A stretch of 64,000 nucleotides of DNA from Eledone cirrhosa (GCA_964016885.1 OZ024740.1:73532001-73596000), one strand, 5' to 3'; numbered from the stretch's first letter, positions 12,601-26,209 are shown. Made by a program: numbers and translations. The notes: generated by a model from the sequence alone, not told the origin.

Positions 12601-15600
12601 TGATAATGTGTGGGAAAATGGTCATTTGCAAGCACCTTTGATGTTAGTTTGGGTGGTAACCACAAAAAAGAAAAAAGCAGGTAGAAAATTTGTGACATTG
12701 ATGTCCATATCATGGTGTGATGTAAATGGTAGGAGTAGGTGTTCTGTAATAAATTTACCATAATATGGTGAAGTATGGTGTAGTTTGATATGGTGTGGAT
12801 TTGGGTAGATTAATGTGGTGTGCTGTGCTTTGTTATAAGTAAGGATTTAAATTTCCACTTTGATTTATGTTAGAAATAAAATTTTCCTTCATTTTTGCAT
12901 GTGCTATCAACTAATACAACTTCCAAGATGCTTGCAGTGGACTATGCTTTTAGCATATTAACAAAAAATATGATTTCCGCTGCAATAAAAAATGACTAGC
13001 TTTGTAAATGGTATTTCCACCCACATCCTCCCTATTTTTTCTACAAAGATAGTCATTTTCGACAGGTTTCCATGTCATAATGATTGATAATATGTGCAAA
13101 AATAGTAAATTGGGAGCACCTTTAATGTCAGATTGGATGGTAAGAACACACACAAAAAAGAAAAAAGGAAAGGGGAAAAAAATTTTTCACACCAAGATCA
13201 ATAACTTGGTGTGATGTAGTATGGTGTAATTTGGTATGGTGTGGTGTGCTTTGGTTTGATGAAGTTATGAAATGGAAACCAATTGTAAACGATAGATTCC
13301 CATGTCATATTCATTGATAATGTGTGGGAATATAGTCATTTGCAAGCACCTTTGATGTTAGTTTGGGTGGTAACCACAAAAAAAAGCAGGTAGCAAATTT
13401 GTCACATTGATGTCTATACCATGGTGTGATGTAAATGGTAGGAGTAGATGTTCTGTAATAAATTTACCATATGGTGAAGTATGGTGTAGTTTGATATGGT
13501 GTGGTTTGGGGTAGATTAATGTGGTGTGGTGTGCTTTGTTTTAAGTAAGAATTTAAATTTCCACTTTGATTTATGTTAGAAAAAAATTTTTCCTTCCTTT
13601 TTGCATGTGCTATCAACTAATACAACTTCCAAGATGCGTGCAGTAGACTATGCTTTTAGCATATTAACAAAATATATGACTTGCGCTGCAATAAAAAATG
13701 ACTAGCCTTGTAAATGTTATTTCCACCCACATCCTCCCTCTTTTTTCTACAAAGATAGTCATTTTCGACAGGTTTCCATGTCATAATGATTGATAATATG
13801 TGCAAAAAATAGTAAATTGGGCGCACCTTTAATGTTTCATTGGATGGTAAGCACACACACAAAAAAAAGGAAACGGGAAGAAAATTTTTCACATCAAGAT
13901 CAATAGCTTGGTGTGATATAGTATGGTGTAACTTGGTATGGTGTGGTTTGGTTTGGTTTGGTTTGGTGAAGTTATGAAATGGTATTTCCACCCACATCCT
14001 CCTCTCTTTTTTCTACAAAACTAGTCATTTTCGTCAGGTTTCCATGTCATAACCATTGATAATATATGCAAACAATAGTAATTTGCGAGCACCATTTATG
14101 TCAAATTGGGTGGTAAGCACAAACATTTAAAAAAAGGCCAGAAGAAAATTTTTCACACCAAGATCAATAGCTTGGTGTGATGTAGTATGGTGTAGTTTGG
14201 TGAAGTTTGTACAAAGATAGTCATTTTCGACAGGTTTCTATGTCATAATTTATTGATATGTGAAAAAAAATAGTAAATTGGGAGCACCTTTAATGTCAGA
14301 TTGGGTGGTAAGCACACACACACACATACACACACACACACACAAAAGGAAACAGGAAGAAAAATTTTCACACCGAGATCAATAGCTTGGTGTGATGTAG
14401 TATGGTGTAACTTGGTATGGTGTGGTTTGGTTTGGTTTGGTGAAGTTATGAATTGGAAACCAATTGTAAATGATAGGTTCCCATGTCATATTCATTGATA
14501 ATGTGTGGGAAAATGGTCATTTGCAAGCACCTTTGATGTTAGTTTGGATGGTAACCACAAAAAAGAAAAAAGCAGGTAGAAAATTTGTGACATTGATGTC
14601 CATATCATGGTGTGATGTAAATGGTAGGAGTAGGTGTTCTGTAATAAATTTACCATAATATGGTGAAGTATGGTGTAGTTTGATATGGTGTGGATTGGGG
14701 TAGATTAATGTGGTGTGCTGTGCTTTGTTATAAGTAAGGATTTAAATTTCCACTTTGATTTGTTAGAAATAAAATTTTCCTTCATTTTTGCATGTGCTAT
14801 CAACTAATACAACTTCCAAGATGCTTGCAGTGGACTATGCTTTTAGCATATTAACAAAAAATATGATTTCCGCTGCAATAAAAAATGACTAGCTTTGTAA
14901 ATGGTATTTCCACCCACATCCTCCCTATTTTTTCTACAAAGATAGTCATTTTCGACAGGTTTCCATGTCATAATGATTGATAATATGTGCAAAAATAGTA
15001 AATTGGGAGCACCTTTAATGTCAGATTGGATAGTAAGCACACACACAAAAAAGAAAAAAGGAAAGGGGAAAAAAATTTTTCACACCAAGATCAATAACTT
15101 GGTGTGATGTAGTATGGTGTAACTTGGTATGGTGTGGTTTGGTTTGGTGAAGTTATGAATTGGAAACCAATTGTAAACGATAGGTTCCCATGTCATATTC
15201 ATTGATAATGTGTGGGAAAATAGTCATTTACAAGCACCTTTGATGTTAGTTTGGGTGGTAACCACACAAAAAAAAAAGCAGGTAGCAAATTTGTGACATT
15301 GATGTCCATACCATGCTGTGATGTAAATGGTAGGAGTAGGTGTTCTGTAATAAATTTACCATAATATGGTGAAGTATGGTGTAGTTTGATATGGTGTGGA
15401 TTGGGGTAGATTAATGTGGTGTGGTGTGCTTTTTTATAAGTAAGAATTTAAATTTCCACTTTGATTTATGTTAGAAAAAAAAATTTTCCTTAATTTTTGC
15501 ATGTTGTATCAACTTCCAATATGCTCGCAGTTGACTATGCTTTTAGCATATTAACAAAAAATATGACTTCCGCTGCAATAAAAAATGACTAGCTTTGTAA

Positions 15601-18540
15601 ATGGTATTTCCACCCACATCCTCCCCTCTTTTTTCTACAAAACTAGTCATTTTCGTCAAGTTTCCATGTCCTAACCATTGATAATAGGTGCAAAAAATTT
15701 GTGAGCACCATTTATGTCAAATTGGGTGGTAAGCACAAAAATTTAAAAAAAGGCCTGAAGAAAATTTGTCACACCAAGATCAATAGCTTGGTGTGATGTA
15801 GTATGGTGTGGTTTTGTGAAGTTTCTACAAAAATAGTCATTTTCGACAGGTTTCTATGTCATAATTTATTGATATGTGAAAAAAAATAGTAAATTGGGAG
15901 CACCTTTGATGTCAGATTGGGTGGCAAGCACACACACACACACAAAAAAAAAAGGAAACAGGAAGAAAAATTTTCACACCGAGATCAATAGCTTGGTGTG
16001 ATGTAGTATGGTGTAATTTGGTATGGTGTGGTGTGCTTTGGTTTGATGAAGTTATGAAATGGAAACCAATTGTAAACGATAGATTCCCATGTCATATTCA
16101 TTGATAATGTGTGGGAATATAGTCATTTGCAAGCTCCTTTGATGTAAGTTTGGGTGGTAACCACAAAAAAAAAAGCAGGTAGCAAATTTGTCACATTGAT
16201 GTCTATACCATGGTGTGATGCAAATGGTAGGAGTAGATGTTCTGTAATAAATTTACCATATGGTGAAGTATGGTGTAGTTTGATATGGTGTGGTTTGGGG
16301 TAGATTAATGTGGTGTGGTGTGCTTTGTTTTAAGTAAGAATTTAAATTTCCACTTCGATTTATGTTAGAAAAAAATTTTTCCTTCCTTTTTGCATGTGCT
16401 ATCAACTAATACAACTTCCAAGATGCTTGCAGTAGACTATGCTTTTAGCATATTAACAAAATATATGACTTGCGCTGCAATAAAAAATGACTAGCCTTGT
16501 AAATGTTATTTCCACCCACATCCTCCCTCTTTTTTCTACAAAGATAGTCATTTTCGACAGGTTTCCATGTCATAATGATTGATAATATGTGCAAAAAATA
16601 GTAAATTGGGCGCACCTTTAATGTTTCATTGGATGGTAAGCACACACACAAAAAAAAGGAAACGGGAAGAAAATTTTTCACATCAAGATCAATAGCTTGG
16701 TGTGATATAGTATGGTGTAACTTGGTATGGTGTGGTTTGGTTTGGTTTGGTTTGGTGAAGTTATGAAATGGTATTTCCACCCACATCCTCCTCTCTTTTT
16801 TCTACAAAACTAGTCATTTTCGTCAGGTTTCCATGTCATAACCATTGATAATATATGCAAACAATAGTAATTTGCGAGCACCATTTATGTCAAATTGGGT
16901 GGTAAGCACAAACATTTAAAAAAAGGCCAGAAGAAAATTTTTCACACCAAGATCAATAGCTTGGTGTGATGTAGTATGGTGTGGTTTGGTGAAGTTTGTA
17001 CAAAGATAGTCATTTTCGACAGGTTTCTATGTCATAATTTATTGATATGTGAAAAAAAATAGTAAATTGGGAGCACCTTTAATGTCAGATTGGGTGGTAA
17101 GCACACACACACACACACAAAAGGAAACAGGAAGAAAAATTTTCACACCGAGATCAATAGCTTGGTGTGATGTAGTATGGTGTAACTTGGTATGGTGTGG
17201 TTTGGTTTGGTTTGGTTTGGTGAAGTTATGAATTGGAAACCAATTGTAAATGATAGGTTCCCATGTCATATTCATTGATAATGTGTGGGAAAATAGTCAT
17301 TTGCAAGCACCTTTGATGTTAGTTTGGGTGGTAACCACAAAAAAGAAAAAAGCAGGTAGAAAATTTGTGACATTGATATCCATATCATGGTGTGATGTAA
17401 ATGGTAGGAGTAGGTGTTCTGTAATAAATTTACCATAATATGGTGAAGTATGGTGTAGTTTGATATGGTGTGGATTGGGGTAGATTAATGTGGTGTGCTG
17501 TGCTTTGTTATAAGTAAGGATTTAACTTACACTTTGAATTATGTTAGAAAAAAATTTTTTCTTCATTTTTGCATGTGCTATCAGCTTCCAAGATGCTTGC
17601 AGTGGACTATGCTCTTAGCATATTAACAAAAAAAATGATTTCCGCTGCAATAAAAATTGACTAGTTTTGTAAATAGTATTTCCACCCACATGCTCTCCTC
17701 TTTTTTCTACAAAACTAGCCATTTTCGTCAGGTTTCCATGTCATAACCTTTGATAATATGTGCAAAAAATAGTAATTTGCGAGCACCATTTATGTCAAAT
17801 TGGGTGGTAAGAACACACACAAAAAAAAAAAAAAGAAACAGGAAGAAAATTTTTCACACTGAGTTCAAAAGCATGGTGTTATGTAGAATGGTGTAGTTTG
17901 TTATGGTGTGATTTGGATTGTTGTAGTTATGACATGGGAACCTATTGCAAATGATAGGTTTCCATGTTATATACATAGATAATGTGTAAAAAAAATAGTC
18001 ATTTGTGAGCACCTTTGATATCAGATTGGGTGGTAAACACAAAAAAAGAAACAGGAAAAAAAATGTTCTCACTGAGATTAATAGCATGGTGTGATGTAGT
18101 ATGGTGTAGTTTGGTATGGTGTAGTTTGATGTAGCTTAATGTGGTGTGGTTTTCCAACCTCCAACATGCTCACAGCCGACTATGCTTTTACCATATTAAC
18201 AACAAATATGACTTTCACTGCAATCGAAAATGACAAGTTTTGTGAATGGTATTTCCATCCACTTTCCGCCCTCTTTTTCCTACAAAGCTAGTCATTTTCA
18301 ACAGGTTTCAAAGTCTTCATTGATAATATGTGCAAAAAATAGTTAATTGTGAACACTTTTAATGTCAGATTGGGTGGTAAACACACACAAAAAACCCCCT
18401 AAAAAGCAGGAAGAACATTTTTCACACTAAGTTCAATAGCATGGTGTGATGTAGTATGGTGTAGTTTGTTATGGTGTGGTTTGGTTTGGTGTAGTTTGGT
18501 ATGGTTTGGTTTGGTGTAGTTATAACATGGAAACCTGGTT
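7658..18540. repeat. Complex tandem satellite (~710, ~266 and ~196-bp subunits; ~4.67-kb higher-order repeat)
   Basis: Motif gtcattttcgacaggtttccatgtc recurs at 7658, 8374, 9082, 9348, 9544, 10275 and onward. Near-identical ORF translations recur with 4670-4678 bp spacing. Confidence 0.95.
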
Positions 18541-21067
18541 TAGTGTAGTGTAGGTTAGTGTGGTGTGCCGTGTTATTGTGTTGCATTGTATAGCGTGATT
18601 CTCTTTAAATTAAAATCATTAAAATGTAATGCCTATCTTCTATATCTTAAAGAGTGACCTTAAATGTGATTGCAAATGACTTTTTTCTCTGGGTTAATGT
18701 TAGATTTAGGGTTAGTGTTAGGGTAAGTTTTACTGTTAATGGTAAGTTTATTGTTAGTGACTGTGTTACTGTTAGCATTACTGTCACTGTTAGTGTTACT
18801 GTAACTGTTACTGTTTGCGTTACTGTCTGCATCAGCGTTAGCATTTGCATAAGCGTCTATGTAAGCTTTTGTGTTAGTGTCTATGTAGACTGGTGTTAGC
18901 ATCTGCGTTAGTGTTTGGATTAGCCTTAGTGTTTGCCTAAGTGTCAGCATCTATGTCAGCATTTGTGTCAGCTTCTGCATTGGTGATAGTGATTGTGCCA
19001 GCGTTTCCCTTAGCGTCTGAGTCAAAATTAGTGTTAGCATTAGTGTTTGTTTCAGTGCCTACGTCTACGTCAGCTTCTGAGACAGCATTATTATTAGTGT
19101 CCGCGCCAGCACTTGTGTCAGTGTCAGCATTTCCCTCAGCGTCAGCGTTTGCATCAGCATGCATGTCAGCATTTGCATTAGTGTTTGAGTCAGTGTTTGC
19201 ATTTGTGTAGGGGTTAGCATTTGCGTCAGCATCTGCATCAGCATTCACATTAGCGTTTGCGACAGCGTTTCCTTTAACGTCTTTGTCAGCATTTCCGTTA
19301 GCGTCTGTGTCAGTGTTTCCATTAGCGTCTGTGTCAGTGTTTCCATTAGCATCTATATCAGTGTTTCCGTTAGCTTCTGTGTCAGCATTTACGTTAGCTT
19401 CTATGTCAGTGTTTCCGTTAACGTCTGTCAGCATTTCCGTTAGCATCTATGTCAGCGTCAGTATTTACATCAGCGTCAGCGTTTGAGTTAACGTCAGTAT
19501 TTACGTTAGCGTCTGTGTCAGCGTTTATGTTAGCTTCTACGTCAGCGTTTCCGTAACGTCTACGTCAGCGTTTCCGTTAGCATTAGCGTTTCCATTAACC
19601 TTTCCTGTGGCGTCCGCGTCATTGCAGCGTCTGCATACCCCATGTAAGCGTTAACTTCAGTATTTGCGTCTGCGTTAGCGTTAGCCTTAGCCCTAGCGTC
19701 CGCATCAGCATTTGCGTTAGCGTCAGCATACACGTCAGCGCCGGCAAAACTGCCTCAACATTTGCGTCAGCGTTAGCTTTGGCTTTGGCTTTAGCAATCC
19801 GCATCAACAATTGCGTTTTCGAGATCAGCTTCGGCGGTAAGGGTAAACACTAACTTCTACGTCTGCATCTACGTTAACAACTACGTCAGCGTTTTGTTAG
19901 CTTCTATGTCAGCATTTACGTTAGCTTCTACGTCAGCAACTACGTTAGCTTCTACGTCAGCGTTTACGTTAACATCTACGTCATCGTTTACGTTAGCTTC
20001 TACGTCAGCATTTACGTTAGTGTCTGTGTCAGCATTGTGTTAGCTTCTACGTCAGTGTCTGTGTCAGCGTCTGTATTTACATCTACATCAGCGTCATCGT
20101 TTACGTTAGCGTCTGTGTCATCGTTTACGTTAGCATCTGTGTCAACGTTTGTGTTAGCATCTGTGTCATCGTTTACGTTAGCATCTGTGTCAACGTTTGT
20201 GTTAGCATCTGTGTCATCGTTTACGTTAGCATCTGTGTCAACGTTTGTGTTAGCATCTGTGTCATCGTTTACGTTAGCATCTGTGTCAACGTTTGTGTTA
20301 GCATCTGCGTCATCGTTTACGTTAGCGTCTGCATCAGTGTTTATATTAGAGTCTGCATCAGCATTTTCATTAGTGTTGCATCAGTGTTTCCTTTAGCTTC
20401 TACGTCAATGTTTACGTCTCTGTTAAGGTTCACATTAGCATCGCTGTCATCCTTTGCGTCAGCATTTGCGTTTGCTTTAGCATCTGCATCAGCGTCTGTG
20501 TTTGCATTAGTGTTCGTGTTAGTGTTTGATTTTGTGTTCGTGTTAGTGTTAGTATTTCTGTTAGTGTTAGCATTATTATGAGTGTTAGTGTTCAGGTTAG
20601 TGTTTCCATTAGTGCTAGTGTTTGTGTTAGTGTTCAGGTTAATGTTGACTTAGTTTTCTGGTTATTGTTAATTTTCAGGTTAGGGCTAATGTTACTTTTA
20701 GTGTTAGTGCTCGGGTTAGTGGTTTATGGTAGTGTTAGTTTTAGTGGTAGTGTTCAGGGTAGTGTTAGTGTTCAGGTTAATGTTCGTGTTAATGTTAGTT
20801 TTAGTGTTAGTGTTCAGGTTAGTGTTAGTGTTCAGGTTAGTTTTAGTGTTAGTGTTCAGGTTAGTTTTAGTGCTAGTTTTCAAGTTAGTGTTAGTGTTTA
20901 CGGTAGTGTTAGTTTTAGTGTTAGTACCAGATTTAGTGTTAGTGTTATTTTTTCCATTAGTGTTAGTGTTTAATTTTGTGTTAATGTTTGTGTTAGTGTT
21001 TCCATTAGTGTTAGTGATTGTGTTAGTGCTAGTCTTTGTTTTTCTGTTAATGTTTTAGTGTTGAGGT

Positions 21068-23085
21068 TGTAGCAGGAGTTGCCTCCCTTGTTGTGACACT
21101 CACATCACCAATAAATTAACGCTCTCTAGATAGGAAGTAGAACCCTTTCTGTAACTTCCGTTCCAACCCTATAAAACGAATACCTTTCAGCTCCCTTGCT
21201 CTCATTTGCCTTTTCGGCTCCTGGCTCTCGGCCAGGCGTCTTCGGCCAGGCGCGTTCGCCTGGCGACCAAATGGTAACTAATAACTTTGCTTCATTCTCT
21301 CATCTATTCATTGACATGTCAACTATACTGTTCTATATATCCACAAATTGATGATTAAATATTATATACACAAACCACGTCTCATGTTATATTCATACAC
21401 ACCAGTAAATTGTTATAAGTGGTGACCCCGAAAAAAATAAAAAAATAGCAGAATCCGGTGTTGTGTGAGTAACATTACGAATACGCAGCAAATTTTATTG
21501 ACAAACTATGAAAATACGCAGTCAAAGAAACGAACACACGCACATGTGAAATTCTCGTTCAGACAGACTCTTTTTCTCTCACGCATCAACTAACTGACGC
21601 ATTTCACTGTATATATATATATATATGTTTTTCGTTTCTTTCTTACAACGAACACTTTAAAAACAAACCAAAAAAATAAACGAAATTTGATTTTTTTTTT
21701 TTTAAACATTTCAACATGAACATTTATTTTCGATGAATCTCAACTATTGCTTTTTTTTCATCGTTTTCTTCATCGTTCAAGTTTTTTTCAAAGTTCACAA
21801 AAAAAAAAAAAAATTGACTCGCCATATCTGTTATACTAAGTGAAGCCTTTCTTTCTTTTTCATCATTGTCACTTTCACACACATTTTTTTCAAAATGGCT
21901 GCCAACGACCTGTTGCACTATCATTTTCGCGCCATTTTCTCGCGCAATAGAAATTTTTTTTTTTCAACTTAACCTTGTTTTGGCACGTGTAGGCAGCAGA
22001 ATTCTCGACTCACAGAGATAACCACACGCCATGAGATAACGTTTCTCGCCAAGGATTCTCCAGCCTTAAGCTATATTCTCCTATTTGCCGGTTTAAAAAT
22101 TTACCACGTAAATTTGCCGTTGAAAACTGCGCATTTATTCAGAATGCTTATTTCTTTGGTCGCTGGCCTCTTGACCCTTCCAGGTCAACGCATTCTCAAC
22201 ATCGACCATCAACTTCGGCTGTTATTTCTAGCACTTTGCGCAACTCATTTTTTCTGAAAAAAATTTTTTTACTGTGAATTTAAACATCGAATACGCTCAC
22301 TCCGCGAGACAACAACATCAACAGCAACACAGCTTCACCAACAACCAAAACCAGCAGAACAAGCCAGAGAATTTATTTTTGCAGCACTCTTCCTGTGAGA
22401 AAATCCATTCGGAGGTTGGAAATTTCACGTTATACCACAGAACAGAAACCACCTGCATTCATTCTCTGGAACACACTTTCTTTCCTGCTGTCATGTGATT
22501 GGACACCTGTGAACTGTATTTTGAACATTTGAACTTTGAGCTCTTCTCTTACTTTGATTACATTGTATCTTTGGGTGATGGATAGATGTCCAGTCGTTCT
22601 CTGGCCAAGAGCGGTTGGCTACCTTGATATCTATCATTGATTTTTGCAAACATTATTTTTTTTCGTAATTTTCATGCCTGTTACAACAATCTCGCCAACA
22701 TACATATTTCATTCGATTTTTATATTTTAAAAATCTGGCGGGAGCTAATGTAGCAGGAGTTGCCTCCCTTGTTGTGACACTCACATCACCAATAGATTAA
22801 CGCTCTCTAGATAGGAAGTAGAACCCTTTCTGTAACTTCCGTTCCAACCCTATAAAACGAATACCTTTCAGCTCCCTTGCTCTCATTTACCTTTTCGGCT
22901 CCTGGCCTTCGGCCAGGCGCGTTCGCCTGGCGACCAAACGGTAATTAATAACTTTGCTTCATTCTATCATATATTCATTGACATGTCAACTATACTGTTC
23001 TATATATCCACAAATTGTTGATTAAATATTATACACACAAACCACGTCTCATGTTATATTCATACACACCCAGTATTTTGCTATA
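21068..23085 (+). mobile_element. Non-autonomous LTR retrotransposon (Gypsy, CsRn1-like PBS)
   Basis: LTRs 21068-21417 and 22749-23085, near-identical, TGTAGC...GYTATA; 4-bp TSD AGGT; PBS TGGTGACCCCGA at 21420; purine-rich tract before the 3' LTR; no gag/pol ORF. Confidence 0.9.
21420..21431 (+). promoter_or_regulatory. Primer-binding site complementary to tRNA-Trp 3' end
   Basis: TGGTGACCCCGA is the reverse complement of ...UCGGGGUCACCA, the metazoan tRNA-Trp(CCA) 3' end; lies 2 nt after the 5' LTR. Confidence 0.8.
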
Positions 23086-25280
23086 AGGTTAATGTTAGTT
23101 CAGTTTTCTGGTTAGTATCAGTTTTCAGATTAGTGTTCGTATTAGTTTTAGTGTTAGTTTTCAGGTTAATGTTAATGTTCAGACTAGTGTTAGTGTTTGT
23201 TTTAGTGTTAGTTTTTATCGTAGTGTTAGTGATACTGTTAGTGCTCAGGTCAGTGTTAGTGTTTGTGTTACTGTTTATGGTAGTGTTAGTTTTAGTGCTA
23301 GTGTTTAGGTTAATGTTAGGGCGAATGTTAGTTTTAGTGTAAGTGTTCAGGTTAGTGTTAGTGTTCAAGTTAATGTTACTGTTAATGTTAGTTTTAGTGT
23401 TAAGGTTAGTGTTAGAGATTGTGTTAGTGTTAGTATTTGTTTCTGTGTTAATATTTGTGTTAGGATCTCTGTTAACATTAGTGATTGATGTTTCCATTAG
23501 TGTTAGTGGTTGTGTTAGCGTTAGTCTTTGTTTTTGTGTTTGTGTTAGCGTTAATGTTAGCATTAGTATTTCTGTTAGTGTTAGCATTAGTGTTTGTGTT
23601 AGTGTTCAGGTTAATGTTAGTGTTAATGTTAGTTTTAGTGTTAATGTTGAATTTAGTGTTAGAGATTGTGTTAGTGTTTGTTTTTGTGTTAATATTTGTG
23701 TTAGTATCTCTGTTAGCGTTAGTGTTTGTGTTCAGGTTAATGTTAGCTTAGTTTTCAGGTTAGTGTTAGTGTTAGTGTTCAAATTAATGTTAGTGTTAAT
23801 GTTAGTTTTAGTGTTAGTGTTGAGGTTAGTGTTAGAGATTGTGTTAGTGTTTGTTTTTTGTGTTAATATTTGTGTTAGTATCTCTGTTAATGTTAGTGTT
23901 TGTGTTCAGGTTAATGTTAGCTTAGTTTTCAGGTTAGTGTTCAAGTTAATGTTAGGGTTAATGTTAGTTTTAGTGTTAGTGTTAGAGATTGTGTTAGTGT
24001 TTGTTTCTGTGTTAATATTTGTGTTAGTATCTCTGTTAGTGTTAGTGTTTGTGTTCAGGTTAATGTTAGCTTAGTTTTCAGGTTAGTGTTAGTTTTAGTG
24101 TTAGTGTTCAGGTTAATGTTAGTGTTACTTTTAGTGTTAGTACTCAGGTCAGTTTTAATGTTTGTGATACTGTTTATGGTAGTGTTAGTTTTAGTGCTAG
24201 TGTTTAGGTTAATGTTAGGGCGAATGTTAGTTTTAGTGTAAGTGTTCAGGTTAGTGTTAGTGTTCAAGTTAATGTTACTGTTAATGTTAGTTTTAGTGTT
24301 AAGGTTAGTGTTAGAGATTGTGTTAGTATTTGTTTTTGTGTTAATATTTGTGTTAGTATCTCTGTTAACATTAGTGTTTGATGTTTCCATTAGTGTTAGT
24401 GATTGTGTTAGCGTTAGTCTTTGTTTTTGTGTTAATGTTAGCGTTAATGTTAGCATTAGTATTTCTGTTAGTGTTAGCATTAGTGTTTATGTTAGTGTTC
24501 AGGTTAATGTTAGCTTAGTTTTCAGGTTAGAGTTAATGTTCAAGTTAATGTTAGTTTTAGTGTTAGTGTTGAATTTAGTATTAGAGATTGTGTTAGTGTT
24601 TGTTTTTGTGTTAATATTTGTGTTAGTATCTCTGTTAGCGTTAGTGTTTGTTTTAGTGTTGAGGTTAATGTTAGCTTAGTTTTCTGGTTAGTATCAGTTT
24701 TCAGATTAGTGTGTGTTAGTGTTAGTGTTTATGGTAGTGTTAGTTTTAGTGCTAGTGTTCAGGCTAATGTTTGTGCTAATGTTAGTTTTAGTGTAAGTGT
24801 GCAGGTTAGTGTTAATGTCAGTTTTAGTGTTCAGGTTAGTGTTTGTGTTAGTTTTCTATTTAATGTTAGTTTTCAGATTTGTGTTTGTGTTAGTTTTTAT
24901 GTTAGTGCTAAGTTACCTGTTAGGGTATGTGTGGCTGCAAGTGTTAGGGTAAGTTATTTTTGAAGTTTGGTTTTAGTTTAAAGTTAGGTTTTCTACTTTC
25001 CAGGAAAAAAGTTGATCCTCTCTAACTTGAGTGGTGTGATATAGTGTGGTAAAGTATAATGTTTCATAGTCTTGTGTGGTGTTGTCTATTGTTGTATATT
25101 GTTTCATAGCATGGTCTGATGTGAGGTCGTACAGTGTTTCATAGTGTGGTGTTGGATAATGTGGTATGGTATAATGTTTGTCAGTGTGGTGTGGCATGGT
25201 ATGGTATAGGTTGATGTAGTGTGGCTTAGTTTGATTATAATAATACAAATAATAATAACAATAATAATAGTAATAATAAT

Positions 25281-25392
25281 TGTTCTTCTTGTTCATTTTC
25301 TTTGTCTTCTTCTGTGCCTTTGACTTCTTCTGTGCCTTTGACTTCTTCTGTGCCTTTGACTTCTTCTGTGCTTTTGACTTCTTCTGTGCCAT
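25281..25392 (-). other. Candidate exon encoding an acidic repeat (x)GTEEVKSTEEVKGTEEVK...
   Basis: Polypyrimidine tract plus TTTAG acceptor at 25393-25394; 18-bp tandem repeat; runs into (TTA)n with no clear donor. Confidence 0.4.
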
Positions 25393-25624
25393 CTAAATAC
25401 CAAAAAACAAAGAATGTAAAACATATATGTTGCCTATCTCTCAGACTTTACAAAGTGCTGAGGAGATAAAGTTAATTTAAAGAGCAGTGTGCTCATGCAC
25501 TGTGATCCTATAATGTAGCTTATAAGCTATTTCATAACTAAAAAACAATGTCAAACATCAACAAAAGTATATACAAATATCTTTGAATATTGGTCATTAG
25601 GTTAAGATTGAACTGAAATCATAC

Positions 25625-25756
25625 TTTCTATTTCTTCTTCTTCTTCTTCTTCTTCTTCTTTTTCTTCTTCTTCTTCTTCATTTTCCACGTCTTCTTTGTC
25701 TTTGTTGTCATTTTCATTTTAGTCGTCTGCTTCTTCTTCTTTTTCTTCTTTTCCAT
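25625..25756 (-). pseudogene. Candidate 132-bp phase 1-1 exon, E/D/K-rich, with an in-frame TAA
   Basis: TTTAG acceptor and GTATGA donor; reads (N)GKEEKEEEADD*NENDNKDKEDVENEEEE...IE. Confidence 0.45.
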
Positions 25757-26134
25757 CTAAATATAAAAAGAAAATTGTAAACAAATATATAGCTGATCTC
25801 TCAGACTTTCACGAAACACCGAGGAGATACAGTTAATATAAAGAGTGGGGAGCTCATTGTATTATGTGGTCTGGTATGGTACAACATGGTGTGATGTGGT
25901 GTGGTATGATATGGTGGGACAGGGGGGAACAACGTTAGATTAATGTTAACAATACACATGTAGCATCCACATGTGATGAGAAGGGGGAGACAGTGTTTAA
26001 CTAATTTTAACATTACATGTAGCATCCATCTACAGGTGATTAAGTTAAGACTGAGGTGTAATCATATGAAAAGGTCAATTTAAAACTACACTGAGATCCT
26101 GCTTAAAATGATGGTCAATGAAGTGTTTACTTAC

Positions 26135-26182
26135 TCAGATCCTTTGAAATTACTTTCTTTCTCTTACTGTAACTGGACATAC
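26135..26182 (-). other. Candidate 48-bp phase 1-1 exon (x)MSSYSKRKKVISKDL
   Basis: Acceptor ttttctatttcgtag and canonical donor GTAAGT; phase fits the 25756 exon. Confidence 0.5.
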
Positions 26183-26209
26183 CTACGAAATAGAAAACAG
26201 TCGAATAGA

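Larger units (their letters stand above)
18690..24990. repeat. Hexamer-based array (GTTAGT / GTTAGC / GTCAGC, TTAGGG-related)
   Basis: 6-bp periodicity throughout; 48-bp higher-order unit at ~20100-20330; duplicated blocks at ~23270-23600 and ~24170-24500. Confidence 0.9.

Noticed and set aside
7658-18540. CRISPR-like array or tandem gene family (repeated 67-aa and 113-aa ORFs)
   Set aside because: Spacers are themselves repeated, no cas genes, eukaryotic context; the ORFs cross variable homopolymers and microsatellites.
20578-24963. V/L/S-rich and T/N-rich ORFs as membrane or mucin-like proteins
   Set aside because: Direct products of the GTTAGT hexamer period, open in several frames on both strands.
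24973-25392. ORF MAQKKSKAQKKSK... as a histone-H1 or protamine-like protein
   Set aside because: The ATG directly follows a splice-acceptor-like TTTAG and the ORF runs into microsatellites; the phase-1 acidic reading fits the neighbouring exon candidates better.
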